A stretch of 64,000 bases of DNA from Halocafeteria seosinensis (Eukaryota): the NCBI GenBank assembly GCA_001687465.1, contig LVLI01000233.1:1-64000 (forward strand), read 5' to 3'. The position numbers and the translations under genes are program-made. Positions 11,501 through 23,747 of the stretch are shown here, one piece after another. Positions within the stretch are counted from its first letter, which is position 1. Every line of letters begins with the position of its first letter. The notes beneath the pieces are model-generated. The model saw nothing but the letters and a program-made list of their open reading frames with translations. It was not told the DNA's origin and did no database searches.

Positions 11501-13040
11501 CGAAGCCACTTCATCATCTACCTGATTGCCACCCTCCTCCGAGCTCTGGACGGAGCGGATATCAGAGGCGTGGTATTCGGAAGCTGTATCTCCCGACACT
11601 GATACATTGTTGTCATTTTTATCAGGTCGACGGTGTTCCCTCAGTCTGTGCCTGTTGTCTGGGTCCGTTCGAGAAGAACTCCTCCTACTTCCTCTCGCAG
11701 AGCTAGTAGGTGTTACCGGAGAGTGGTTCGCAAACTCCTGCTGGTTGCGCATCCATTGCGGTTCCCTATCAGGAGATCCTGCAAAACGAGGGTCTGCATG
11801 TTCAAAAGTGGAATCAATTTGATCATACTGCTGTCCCTGGAATGGGTTCTGGCCGCCCCAATTGGCTGGATGGGACTCTACGGCTTGCGGGTTCGCAGGA
11901 ACCATTCCCTGTTGCTTATTATAGTGTCGTTGAAGCTCTGCTTCCCATCGCGTCTGTTCTCGCTCCCGATCCCATTGTGATTTCTCCCTGTAACATTAAC
12001 AAGGAAAAATTCATACACGTTAAGACTCATTAAGAAACACATTTTGTTACTTACTGTTCAGCCAAATACTTCTGCCGTTCAAGCTCCCTCCGTTCTTGTA
12101 GCAGTTCCTTTTGAAATCGCAATTCAGACAGCGTCATAACATGTTGCAGCTGTTTTTCGTAGGCTGGTGTTCCCGGAACCAGCAGGGACAATGCTTCCAT
12201 TGCTCGTTTTTCTTGCGGGGCTAGTGCCTCGTTGGTTTGCTGCTGCTGCTGAAGATGATATCCTTGATCCGAATGGTTTGGCACTTGGTAGCTTGGGCCG
12301 TGATATTGACCCATCATACGTTCGAGTGCATCTTGCCCCCCAATTGGAGCTTCTGGATAACTCTGATACGGTTGCATTTGTTCAGGAGCAGTCTTCTCCC
12401 TCCTATTGCTTCCACCCCCCGTATATAATTTCGAGTAGGCGTGGGCCGGGGCTACAAATGACGGCTGGCTTGCTGAGGGTCTCATTGGAGGTTGTCCGTT
12501 ATCTCTATGCATCGACTGTTGCATAATATTATGTCCCATTTGTCGAAGTGGTGAGTCATTGCTACCAAATCTTTTCCACATCGCGTTTGCTACATTATAT
12601 TCATCTCCACGGTTGGTTCCACCGTGCCTTGGGGGAAACGCGGGTGATTCATTCATGGGTAACTGAGAAGGACCATTCTGCGCCGGCGAGAGCGTCGTAT
12701 CAGATTGACTGTGTTGCATACCTTGGTAGTTAGGGTAGCCGAAAGACTGCGCGGGAGAACGCAATGCGTTGGCCATGTACGTTCTTTCCGGAAATCGGTT
12801 CCCATCCGACGGCGTAGGGGAGTAGAACTGTTGCGCTGAACTTTGTCTGCTCCACCCGGGAGACGGCATCATATTCCAGTTGTCCCTATCATTTCCCGGT
12901 TGCTGATTGGATCGAAACGGGAACTGCAAGCCTCCGTCAGGCAATTGACTCTGGTGAATTGAGAGATACTCCGAGTTGGCCTCCGGATTCCGGAACATGT
13001 CCGGAGGCTCCGACCTCTCAGGCTCGTGTGTGTTATACAT
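8578..13040 (-). CDS. Large multi-exon protein with a low-complexity N-terminus and a conserved C-terminal region resembling CCDC17-like proteins
   Basis: Chain of minus-strand exons with GT-AG boundaries encoding DGFDVYVDSARFLPDNCTITK, MTLIVRIDAIDR, GIQISVDGVQN and EPYGWTLLPVL...YVQRGAFRLPLMKGPPP. The family assignment is from recall and the exon structure is approximate. Confidence 0.55.
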
Positions 13041-13379
13041 GTTTATTAGACCTTCTCATCCAAAAGCGCATTGTTGAGTCGAAAACGCGTAGCGCCTCCG
13101 CGGGAGCCTTCACTTCTATTGATTGCCTCCTTTCTTCATCCAAGCTCCCCACGTTCACCATATATCCACATGCATACACTAACCATCCATTCGTGCTCCA
13201 AATACGGTACCTATCGACATACAACACGACGAAGTCAAATAAAAGACTTAACTTCAACTTAGGAGGCAGTTAGCCAGCACATCCAGCACAGTGGCGGCGA
13301 AGTAAAGGTTTGTGAAGAAGTTCCATTGTCGGTCTCTCCGTAAGTTGCGAGGGTTAGTGGCCATCGTGACCACTGCAAA

Positions 13380-14294
13380 ATGAAATGGTACCATTTGCTG
13401 GAACGCAGGGATGACGACAGAAGAAAGACGCACTCGAGAATGAATCGACGTGAGATGAGGAGTATAGCTACCCGTAGCTTCAGCAGCTGGCTGTTGCTCA
13501 TTGTGCTCTTATTATCGTGTACATTAGCTACTGCCGCAGGGCAGAGTGACGGTGGTGGGGATACGAATCTGAAATACTTCATATTCTCGGAAGATTGTTT
13601 TGATACGTTCTTCCTGCACTTTGACTTCTTCAATGTGCGCTGCTTGAAATTCACTATCAGCAAAGCGCTCGGATACGGAATTGTTGTCGGCGCTGCATTG
13701 GTCAAACTGCCCCAAATCATTAAAATCGTAACAGCAAAGAGTGCGAAGAATATCAGTCCCCTGTCAGTCTACACGGAACTATTGTGCAACCTTTGGGTGG
13801 CGGCTTATAACGTTGCCAGTGGGAACCCATTCAGCACGTTTGGCGAGTCTGTATTCATCTCAATTCAGAACGCGCTACTCGTACTGCTAATTTGGACATT
13901 TGCTACGAAGAACGAACGACCAAGTGCCGTGCAGATGGTTGGAGTTGTAGTTTTCTTCATTGTTGCGTCCGTCGCGCCAATTTACCTCCCTGAACAACAT
14001 CTTCCACTGCTGTTCACATCTACCATGCCGCTGTTTTCTTTTTCGCGCCTGACGCAAATATGGCAGAATTTTAGTGCTGGAACAACAGGAAATCTGGCCT
14101 TTTTGACTTTGTTTATGAATTTTGCTGGAACAGCAGCAAGAGTTTTTACAACCATCCAGGAAGTCGATGACCCGCTGATTCTGGTCAGCTTTGTGATCAA
14201 TGCAATCTTGAATGGGATACTGCTGTTTCAAGTATTCTGGTACTGGAATGCCACGGAAACCAAAGATACAGAGGATCACAAAAAGAAACAGTAG
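13380..14294 (+). CDS. MPDU1: Mannose-P-dolichol utilization defect 1 (PQ-loop) protein; the start may be ATG 13455
   Basis: CLKFTISKALGYGIVVGAALVKLPQIIKIV, PFSTFGE, SRLTQIWQNF..GTTGNLAFLTLFMNFAGTAARVFTTIQE and the terminal QVFWYWN. Confidence 0.92.
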   Translation: MKWYHLLERRDDDRRKTHSRMNRREMRSIATRSFSSWLLLIVLLLSCTLATAAGQSDGGGDTNLKYFIFSEDCFDTFFLHFDFFNVRCLKFTISKALGYGIVVGAALVKLPQIIKIVTAKSAKNISPLSVYTELLCNLWVAAYNVASGNPFSTFGESVFISIQNALLVLLIWTFATKNERPSAVQMVGVVVFFIVASVAPIYLPEQHLPLLFTSTMPLFSFSRLTQIWQNFSAGTTGNLAFLTLFMNFAGTAARVFTTIQEVDDPLILVSFVINAILNGILLFQVFWYWNATETKDTEDHKKKQ

Positions 14295-14346
14295 TAGTTA
14301 TTCTTTGTAAAATGGAATGGGACAAGTAATAATATGAAGACAATCT

Positions 14347-17300
14347 CTAAAACAGTTTAGCCTTTTGCTTCAGGTCTTTCTTCTTCCACTTAGGCTTGGC
14401 CTCGTATTCTTCGTAAGTCATCCCGAAGGCCTCCTTAAAATCCGCGTCGCTAAGATACATTTCCTTTTGCTGAGGCCAATCACACAACGTAAAAAAGACG
14501 TGAACATGGAAGTGGAACTCCCCTCACGCATTATTTTACTTACCGACCACACGAGGTTGTACTCTCCGCCGGGACGAGCATTCTGAAGGGTCTCGAGGTC
14601 CAGCTTTTGGTCGAAAGGCCGTTCATCTCCAGAGCCTCTTGACTGCTCCTGTAGCTTTTCTGACGTAATGACATGATCATCATCATAGCTAGCTGAAGCC
14701 TCTTGCCCGCTCGTTCCTGAATTGGCTCCTCCGGCCTCTTTCTCTTCAACCTGGTTGATGGCTGCCATGCGACTCTTAGAAAGCTCTTCTTCGCGCTTAC
14801 GCTCTTCTTCAGCATGTTTTTCTTGCTCTTCTCTGTAGTACACGACGTACAGAACGCAATGAACCGAATGAGAAAACGGCAAAGAAAGAAGATAATCCTT
14901 CGCCAGAAAACGTACCTTAACTCTTTCATCTTTTGTTCGTACGGGTCAACAAACTTGGACGACTTAGAATCATCCCAGCCAACGAAGTTGCAGGTAAACA
15001 TCCGTGGCTCCTCCCCGCTGTGGACTTCCACAATTGGAGTATCTTCATCACGTCCATCAGTTGCTTTTTTCACATAGTCTTCAGCAATTTGCATGCCATT
15101 CTTCTTTTCGTTCTCGTTCGCTTCCGATCCAATCCAGACGAATACTTGGGAATATGTATCAAGAATCATTACATCCTGCAAGCAAGGCATTGATCCTGTT
15201 GGTGACAAAACATAACAAAACAAAAAACAGCTTACATCATCCATAAGGTCATCTTGGGCGAATTGATGAATTTCTTCAACTTCCAAAGCCCCAGACTTGT
15301 CAGTGACATGGAATAATCGGGCACTGGCGGGGCCACTCTCGTCAGGCACATTCTCTGGATACTCTGCTTTACCACCTAACGCCTCCCAGAATGCGTCATC
15401 TTCTTCTCCTTCTGCCAGCTCATTGTAGTCGGAGCTGCCGTGTAGAATTTCGGCTGTGGTCCTGGACGTCTTCCTCTCCTCGTCATTGCTACCCTTGCCT
15501 TCCCACAAGTAGGTGGCTTCAGGTGTAACAACAACGAAGCAATCTCCCGAGTTCAAGTTTTCCGCACTTGCAGACACTTCCACCGCCTTCGTATCGTTAG
15601 GAGATGCACCCTTAACATGGTAGAGACGCGAAGAGTCAGCAGATTCACGCTGACCCTGTTTGCCACCAGCATGTACAATCATTCTTCCCTGGAAAATGGC
15701 ACAGAAGTGAGGTGGCTCTTTGCCTTGGACGAGGCGAATATGGGTGCATGACTCTGGAGAAAGGGAATCTGCCAACTCCACAACACGTGCGGCAGCCGTA
15801 CCCCGTTCAATTCTATCACTCTGGCGCCCGAGCCAGTAATAGAGCATATGGGAGCGTGAACCTGGACGGGCAAAAATCGGATCTTGGCTGTTTTCACTGA
15901 AGATCCTCCGACAAGTGCAGACTCACCTTTAGTTTCGTACGTGTACTGCACAACATACGAGTCTCCCGAAAAGAACTGACCATACATGTTCTCGGGATAC
16001 TCCGACATTTCAGTGCCCTCTATGATCCACACCTTCGCTGTACCGGAGCCGTCATCCACCATTTGCTCTGACTCAGCAACTTCCTTCTTCCTGAAACACG
16101 TAGGGGATACGCGTGAAGCTACCGCATGTGCCTTGCAAGCCCTGGACAAAGCAACACGTACTTGTGCAATGCTCCGACATCGATTTCTTTCTGCTCCACT
16201 TTGCCAGCTACTCCTTTACTCTTGTGAGTAAAGTCGAAGGACGGGGGCGGATCCCACTGATAGAACAAGCTCTTGAAAACGGGAATTTCACCCTGCATAC
16301 TCATATACGGTCTTCCAAGGGTATTTAGTAAAGAATCGAGCCAAAACCGTGCAATATTTGTCTTACCGTTTCAGGCATCTTGGTTACACGGCACCAAGAT
16401 GGTCTTTCATATTTCTCAATGAAGTCGTTGGCGTGCTTCATTGCATTCTTTTTCTCGTTTTCATTGGCGTCCTTTCCAATCCATACGTAAATGTCCGCTT
16501 GTGTGTCGAGCAGGAACACATCGCCCGAATCTAACATGTCCTTCGTCAACCGGCCGTCTGGCTTGGGCACTTCTTCCACCTGAAGCTCGCCGCTGGCGTC
16601 GCTTACTCGGTATAGTTTCAGTTCACCCATCTTGCCTTCAACATCTTCATCACTCGTTGCTTCGGGTACATCGTCTGGAGAGCCTCCGAGCGTTGACCAA
16701 AACTCTTCGTTGTTTGGTTCGTCATTGACTACAATTTGCTCCGGGCGAGACCCCCTGGAGTTATAGATACGCTGAAGCACCTGAACAGCTTTAGCCTTTT
16801 CGGATTTGTTAGCCGAAGGTCCCATCCACTGCGCAGCACCGAAAGCGCCAAAACGAGTTATAGCCGAATTAATCGCCGACGACAGGTACACTCTCTTACC
16901 AAGAAAAGTTTTAGTCCTTTATCCAGTATGAAGACATCGCCTTTGTCCAAACTCTTGACGGAAAGCTCCACTTGTTTGGTGCGGACATCGCGTTTACCCT
17001 TGACATGTAACAAGCGTGTTTCGTACTGGTCGGGCTCAACATGGTTGAAACCACTGTCGATACCGCCTTCCAGTACCTCAATGCCGCCATACTTCTTGAA
17101 AGCAGTGATAAACTCTTTACTCTCGTGGCCCTCGCACTCTCGGTGCTGTATCGCTCTCCCACCTAGCGCATCGTCCAGTTCTACTGTCTTCCGAGCGGCG
17201 ACAGTTTGCTCGTCCTGTTCACGTAGGTACCATCCGGATCAAGTACTTCAGAGCTAATACGCCCAGTAACCCGAAACACATACCTGACTGGATTCTGAGC

Positions 17301-17710
17301 CAAGCCAGAAGTGGGCATGGTACTCGTACTTCCTGTAAGTTTGCCGAAAAGGTTCGCTCACTAGCTTCCACATCTTCTACTCAGCTGCGGCGGTACTTAC
17401 CCATCCTTCGTCTCATTCACAAAAAGGACGATATAACTGTCCCCGCGGTAGAAGGCTCCATAGTCGTTTTCGTCGACAGGAACCACTTCAAACTTCTCGA
17501 TGCGCCATACTTTGACTCCTGCATTTTTGGATTCCAAGGTCCAGTGTGGTTAGAGTAAAACAACAAAAAGGATTACCTGGGGATGCTCAAAGGGGAGACG
17601 GACCGAAGAGAAGAATCACACTCCCCAAGACAGGGGTATACTACGTAAAGGACCAAAATCATACCTGGCTTAGCAGTGTCAGCAATGTTCTGGAATGCTG
17701 GATCAGTCAT
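14347..17710 (-). CDS. Villin-family actin-binding protein (gelsolin repeats plus headpiece), multi-exon
   Basis: MTDPAFQNIADTAKPG|VKVWRIEKFEVVP...FYRGDSYIVL, several gelsolin repeats (LDSGDVFLLDT, FFSGDSYVVQYTY, LNSGDCFVV) and a terminal headpiece YLSDADFKEAFGMTYEEYEAKPKWKKKDLKQKAKLF*. Confidence 0.92.
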
Positions 17711-18525
17711 GGTTGGTGTCTGCTCCTGAAAACCACCGGAAAACTAAATACAGCGTGTTCTCTTTCTCGTATCTTTTCAAGAAAGCCGGACGAAAAAGGA
17801 TCTTTTCCTTATGGTACACACTCAAAATCTGAAGCGTACACGCTAGATTCTCAGTGCACTAATTCTCTTACAGCAATGGAAACGAACTGGCAATCAATCA
17901 GATTCACTTGATATCCTCTTAAGGGAGGAGTTCGTCGTTCTTCGGCCTTTCCGCTTCACCCGCGGTCTGCGCACTCCTTCGGCTTCGAGAACAGGAAGTG
18001 AGGCTACAGCCTGTAAACAAGAAGTAAGCGCACATAAGTAGTGCCAGACGGTATATCGTGATCGGATAGGCCGATGGGGCGGTTTTTACACTCAGGGTTT
18101 ATTTCGGCCTCCGTGGGGATAGTGAGGAATTTCTCCGGGAGACAGGACCCACAAGTTGTGCCACAACGCAGTATCGCCAAAGCGAATCTGGAATATCACT
18201 TGCAACAACGTTACCACACGTCTCTATGCTATCCAAGTTGGGTTGAATTGTTTTCGGAAGGAAGGATTCAGATTGAACCACAAGTCTACGGATTGTGCAA
18301 CCGACGGGCTACAATTGTGTTCGTTGATTTTTCAAGAAATGCTCCAGTTGCTAAGCTTGAAACACTATTACGGTATATTAGATAAGCTGGCACCTTTTCC
18401 TGCAGCAGTTGCCATGAACAAAGAAAACAAAGCTCTTCCAGGATCCATGGGTTCCTTGTGATCCAGATAAAGTACGGATGGTAAACAGTGCTGTCTTTCA
18501 CTAGCAAGGGATAATTTGCCAAATA

Positions 18526-19657
18526 CTAGACCATTTGATCATGGAGCAGGACGTATTCCCTTGAGCTGTAGCCGAACTTCAAAACGTCGCCTGCTTTAAG
18601 CTCCACGTAACGACTATCTGGTAGTTTTTCACCGTTTAGATATGTTCCGTTTGCACTCTGAAGATCCATAATATAAGGCCTGCTAGCAAATAAGAGTACA
18701 GTGTATTTCTAGAGTTGTCACTAATACGCAGGTAAGCGCCAACGTACTTTACTGTTTGTTTCGGTGGATCGTCCACCGCTGCCTTTGGGTTTTTCAGGTT
18801 CACCAAACGAAATTGAATCACCGCATGCTGCTTGGAGCTAGATGGATGTTCAAGCAGTATGTCTGCTATCTGCAAGAGAACCATGCTCCCGTGACGGGAG
18901 TACTGTCAACGTAGAGCCCTAGAAGTTCAGACCTTACCTTTTGTTCCCTGCCTATGAGGAATGCACTCTGACGATATATCCGTAGTGGTTCTTGCAACTG
19001 CTTATCCCCTTTGAAAACGTGAAGTCTCCATTTTCTCGTCGGGGCTCTGGCCTCAGGTGGCTCCGACCATTTCAGTACTATGCCTCGGTAAACATTTCCG
19101 GTTGTCAGGTCCTCGTTGAGGGCTCCACTGAGTCCGAAATTAGGTTTCTCTTTCGGCTTATTTTCGTCATCCTCACCGTCGCCATCATCATTATAGTCAT
19201 TTCCTGTTCTACCTTCATTTTGAGTGCGCCGGTGAGGCGATCGGCCCTCCCGTGCATTTCGGCTCCGTGATCTCTCCAATGAGCTCCCCTCGCGGTATCT
19301 CCTTCTATCTCGTTCGTCTTCATTCTCCTCTCGATCACGGTCATCAGGCGATCGCCGCCGTCGGTTATCGCTTTCTCTTCTGCTCCTTCCTCGAACGGGG
19401 GAGCGAGAACGAGAACGGCTCCGTCGATTACGCCTTCGTCGTGGAGGTGAATCCGACAGAGACCGCGACCGCTCCCTAGTATTCGAAGTCTCCTCGCGGC
19501 CACGTCGTCTAGCTACATCCTGATCGCTATCACTGCCACCATCGGAGGAGCTCGAGCTCTCTTTTCTGTGTCTACCTCTGCTTTGCTGTGGTACGACCCG
19601 ACCAAATTCATCGACTTCCTGCGTGGAAGGTTCTCCATGGGTACCGGCCTCACTCAT
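18526..19657 (-). CDS. SNIP1: SNIP1/Pml1/DAWDLE FHA-domain splicing (RES complex) protein, 3 exons
   Basis: RS-rich N-terminus, KPNFGLSGAL, LKWSEPPEARAPTRKWRLHVFK and FHA motifs IGRE...DILLEHPSSSKQHAVIQFR. Confidence 0.92.
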
Positions 19658-20000
19658 GTCACACGCTTATTCTACACGCTTGCTCACTGTTACTCATCCA
19701 TTTTTTGGTTTTGATTAATCAGCGAAATGGTCAGTATATATCAATGCGTGCAATGTACCTTGTACAGTTTGACTACTGAGTTAGATCTAAACGATTAGAT
19801 AGCTCACATCATTGAGTGAATTGAGTCAAATGTGTGGGTATTGCTTCACAACAACAATTAGGACGAAAACGTTTTACTCGGCAGTCTAACTCTCAGACTC
19901 TAACACTACAGCAGAGAAGATAAAAGAATTAGTCACTAGATAACAAGTTTGCCATCTTAGAAACAGAGCGAAAGAAGTCCGTCATGATAAGTTCTTTCAT

Positions 20001-21216
20001 TCACGATTGCTTTGGTTGTTGAGCAGCTTCCTTTTGTTTCTGCAGAAATTAACAAGCCAACAATGTTTTTCAAAATCGAAAACTACAGTGTATGTGAGAG
20101 TTAATATCGTTGTAACGACGTACCTGTTCCTTGCGCAATTTCACATCGTAATTAAATATCCTCGCTATGTTCACCTCAGCAGTGATTTTGTTGTCGCGAA
20201 GGAAGTCAAGGTCTTCCTTGATTTCTTTCTGCAAACAATACGTTCATACGTTTACGCGTATTTCCTCGACAGTGCCCAAAAGCTTGAGCGTACCAATTTT
20301 TTCTGGGCTACTTGTTGGTTTCTCTCCAAGAGTTCCACTGCCTCGTCATAGTTATATTCAACCATCACGTTAGCCTGCTTTACCAAAGATGAGAGTAAGC
20401 AAGAGCAAATCAAAGACAACAGAGTACTCAGGAACTTACTCCTAGCCATAAACACACCCGATTGTCTGGTTTGACAGTGGCTTGTGCGTTAACATTGTCA
20501 GAAAGACTGTAATGTGTATGAATTGTCTCTTCCTTTGCCTGTACACCCCTTGCAACTCTCGTATAGGGCTGGTAGACACTGCGAATTGGCCGATCGTTAT
20601 CGTTCTTACCTGTTTGTCTTTAAGAACATAGATCATTTCCAGTGATTGGTCAATGTCGGGTAGTTTGCCATTTACTCGTTTCCGGTTTTCCAGGAGGTGG
20701 CTTTCCATAAGTTTATATTTACTGCATCGAGATTATCCGATTGAGCAAAATGAGTATCCATATTCATCTAAGAGTGCATTCCCACATAACTCGCATACGT
20801 ACCTATGGAGTGTCTGCATGGCTTCGATTGCCCCCTCAATTGTCGTGTTTTCCCTTTCCAAAAACTTAGGCACATCTTCCTGTAAAACAGTTAGTTCCCC
20901 GAGACGTGAGTGAAGTACACGTCCTAAAGCTTATGCAAATCAGGTAGTTGATGCAAATACGACCCTGATACGCTTTATTCACACCATGGACAGATTTAAA
21001 ATCTCGAAGACGATTTCAAATCAAGACGTGAACTTCCCTCTCCGTTCATTCCCGAGGTGTACTTCGAACAGGGAGCTCTATCGACCCAGAGCAAGATTTT
21101 GCATCGGTGCTACGTACAATGAATTTTATGGAGGGAATGCCTCGTTCATTGGCTGGTCCAGTGACATCGGGGACATTGGAGTTGGAAGATGAACTCGTTT
21201 GTGTTTGTTGGGACAT
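20001..21216 (-). CDS. VBP1: Prefoldin subunit 3 (VBP1), about 7 exons
   Basis: NERGIPSIKFI|EDV, KYKLMESHL, KLPDIDQSLEMI, VCLWLG|ANVMVEYNYDEAVELL and EDLDFLRDNKITAEVNIARIFNYDV, joined by GT-AG introns. Confidence 0.92.
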
Positions 21217-21948
21217 TGTGTGTCTGCTTCTACGGGACCCTATCCACCAAGATGAGATTCCGATATACGCTGCTATTGAAGATGAAATCTTCGCTTCATC
21301 CAAAAAAATAATATGTGATATGGTATCGGTATCTAGGGAAGCAAAGCAAACCAAGCTTCTTGCCACCAACACTGCAAAGTTTTCGTTCACTTAAGCGATG
21401 GTGAGAAGCTGCCAGTTTGCGTCGATTAAGGGAGTGACTTGAGGTTATTGATAAGTTATATTCGTAATATTGTATGCTGTGCATTGACCTTTGGTAATTT
21501 TACGCTTGGCAAAATATGGCATCACAAGGAGGTTCCGGGAAGAGGGTTCAACCCATGCCCTCCAGACAGTCATCTAGAGAAAAGGCTGGCTTAAGAGTAC
21601 GTGATATACAGCCGGAATTTTTGTTCCATAGAGCGATGGAGTCAGGGGTAATGAGTACGCTCCGGAAATAGCTCTGGCGAGGTCGAGGGTATAGCAGCAG
21701 AATAGAGTGATTCCTGGTTGGGGGACTGACACGAGACTCACCGCGTTAGTTTTTATACAAAGACTCCATCGTAATTCTAGAACACCCGAATGCTGTTCGA
21801 GTTTCATTACTTGATTACTGTCACTTGAATGTGATGTACAGGGCTACGTGAAGAGTGCATATGAGGCGGCATCCTCCGCTGTAGAAACAGTCTCACCAGT
21901 AGGTCGTCGCTGCGAATAGTGCTAGTCGCTGGTATACCTGGAACTAGA

Positions 21949-22276
21949 ATGTCGCTTTTGCAGTATTTCAATAAAGCTGTTGAAAAGGGACAGGAATGGA
22001 TATGGTTTGGTGCGACCACGGCAGTGGTCGTTGCGATACCTGTCTTGATGGAAGTATGTACCTTAGTAACTCGGTCATTGCGTGAGGACTTTATTGTATC
22101 ACATATTCATTGATAAGCAGATACAAAGGGAAGCAATGTTCCAAATGGAAAAGGATGCAGTCACGGAGCAACAGGAAAACTTTCAGAAACAAGTACAGGA
22201 GCAGGCCCAGAAATCGGCGTTCGGTGGTTTACTAGGTGGAGGGGGTAGCTCGAGCAGCGAGAAGTCGTCGTCTTAA
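21949..22276 (+). CDS. Short Tom22/Tom9-type mitochondrial import receptor subunit (intron 22054-22120)
   Basis: Spliced product MSLLQYFNKAVEKGQEWIWFGATTAVVVAIPVLME|IQREAMFQMEK. The W-x-x-x-TT...P...E-x-x-RE transmembrane signature matches short Tom22. Confidence 0.65.
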
Positions 22277-22473
22277 GACTCAACTCGCTCAGTGGTTTAA
22301 CAAGTTGGTGCTTATGAAACGAAAATCCGCTTAGTTCATATTACCACTCATCCATTATAGCTAGCGTTGCGCAGTGGCGGATGAAAGTGAAAGACTCGTT
22401 CTTGGGCCTATAAGGAGGCCTATCAGGTAGCCTCTATCGTGAGTTGCTTACAAAGCGATAAATGCGACATCCT

Positions 22474-23380
22474 TTATGCACCAGCATCGCTGTCGTCGCC
22501 TTCACCGTGTTCTTGCGCGGGAGCAGCACCTTGCCCCTTTTGCTTGTCCTGCTCTTGCACCCGTTTCTGGTATTCCTTCATCTCTTTCTTATACTGCTTT
22601 TTCCACTTGTTTTCAGTTTTCTTCCGGTTGTGCTCTGCTAGATGTTCCTTGTATCCAGGGTGTCGGGCGACATACGCTTCAATTGCAGTTGCAGCTCGCA
22701 AAAGCGGCAGTGGAATCAGAACCCGCGAGGCACACGAAATGAGTATGTATACTGCTCCGGTAGCAAGCGGGATGATTGGAAGAAACTTCAATGCCTGGTT
22801 ATCCTCATTGACGCTCGTAACACCGGCGATCATTAAGAAGACTCCACGGCCGAAATAGGTGTACATGAACGGCAACCATCGGTCGACCTTGCGGAAAAAC
22901 ATGAGAGATGCGGCGAAGAAGAAGATAGCAAACAGACTGAAACATAAAGAGAGAGCACAAAGGCATCTGTTAATAGTCGTCAATAATGATACAACGAAGC
23001 GACCATTTTACGTACCACAGCAGAACACCGACCACTGGAATTTGCCACGAGTCGTCTTGCTGTTGTCAGTCAGTTCAGAACACCTAACAGTCGCGGACGA
23101 TAGCAACCAAGACCTTAGCCATTATCTTACTCGCTCTTCGCTGCTCTCATCGATATACTCGTACAGAGTGTATGCTCCAGCAACAAAGACGTAGGCGGCC
23201 AACACCATGTCCCACACGCTTAGAATCTGGAACAACACGTCCTTACAGCATCGTTTTCACAAGATATGGCACTATTCAAGCTCCCTCACTCACCTTTCCC
23301 CGAACATCAGGCTTCTCCGGATCATAATCGACCTCTTCACGAGGATTACCGGGTTTGACTGGCTGACTTTGGTCTGCCAT
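22474..23380 (-). CDS. COPI-associated (Tvp15-like) small membrane protein, about 4 exons
   Basis: Hydrophobic segments with the FMYTYFGRGVFLMIAG motif and GT-AG introns; ATG at 23380. Confidence 0.65.
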
Positions 23381-23747
23381 GTTGGTGTAGGCTTGGAATA
23401 CACTATACACCCAACGGGATGTCACTGATAGCTCGCAAGTCGAGCGCAAACTTCAGAGTCTAGACCCGTGAGCGCAAAAGTGTGAAAATCTTAAAGGAAA
23501 AGGTCCAACAAATTCGTCGGGCACTCACTGAGCACTCAGTCCGACGAATGTATTGCCCCGCCATTTGGCGCATCTAGCGGTGTTGAAGACTTGCTGACAA
23601 CTTGTTAATTTCAACTTGTGAACCCGCACACAGTGGAGTGGTGGTCATTAAGCAACTATTCTGACCAACAAGAAACAATCTATTAAATTTTGCACTTCCT
23701 AACAGAAAACAAGTAATGAAATACTTCTACAGTCATAAGACCTGTTG

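Noticed and set aside
17933..17960. TCGTTCTTCGGCCTTT resembling the U2 snRNA 5' end
   Set aside because: No GTGTAGTA branch-pairing sequence or Sm site follows.
19910..19935. CAGAGAAGAT resembling the U6 snRNA ACAGAGA box
   Set aside because: It is not followed by TAGCATGG or any other U6 sequence, so it is likely a chance match.
21612..21630. AATTTTTG Sm-site-like sequence
   Set aside because: No recognisable U1, U2, U4, U5 or U7 features upstream.
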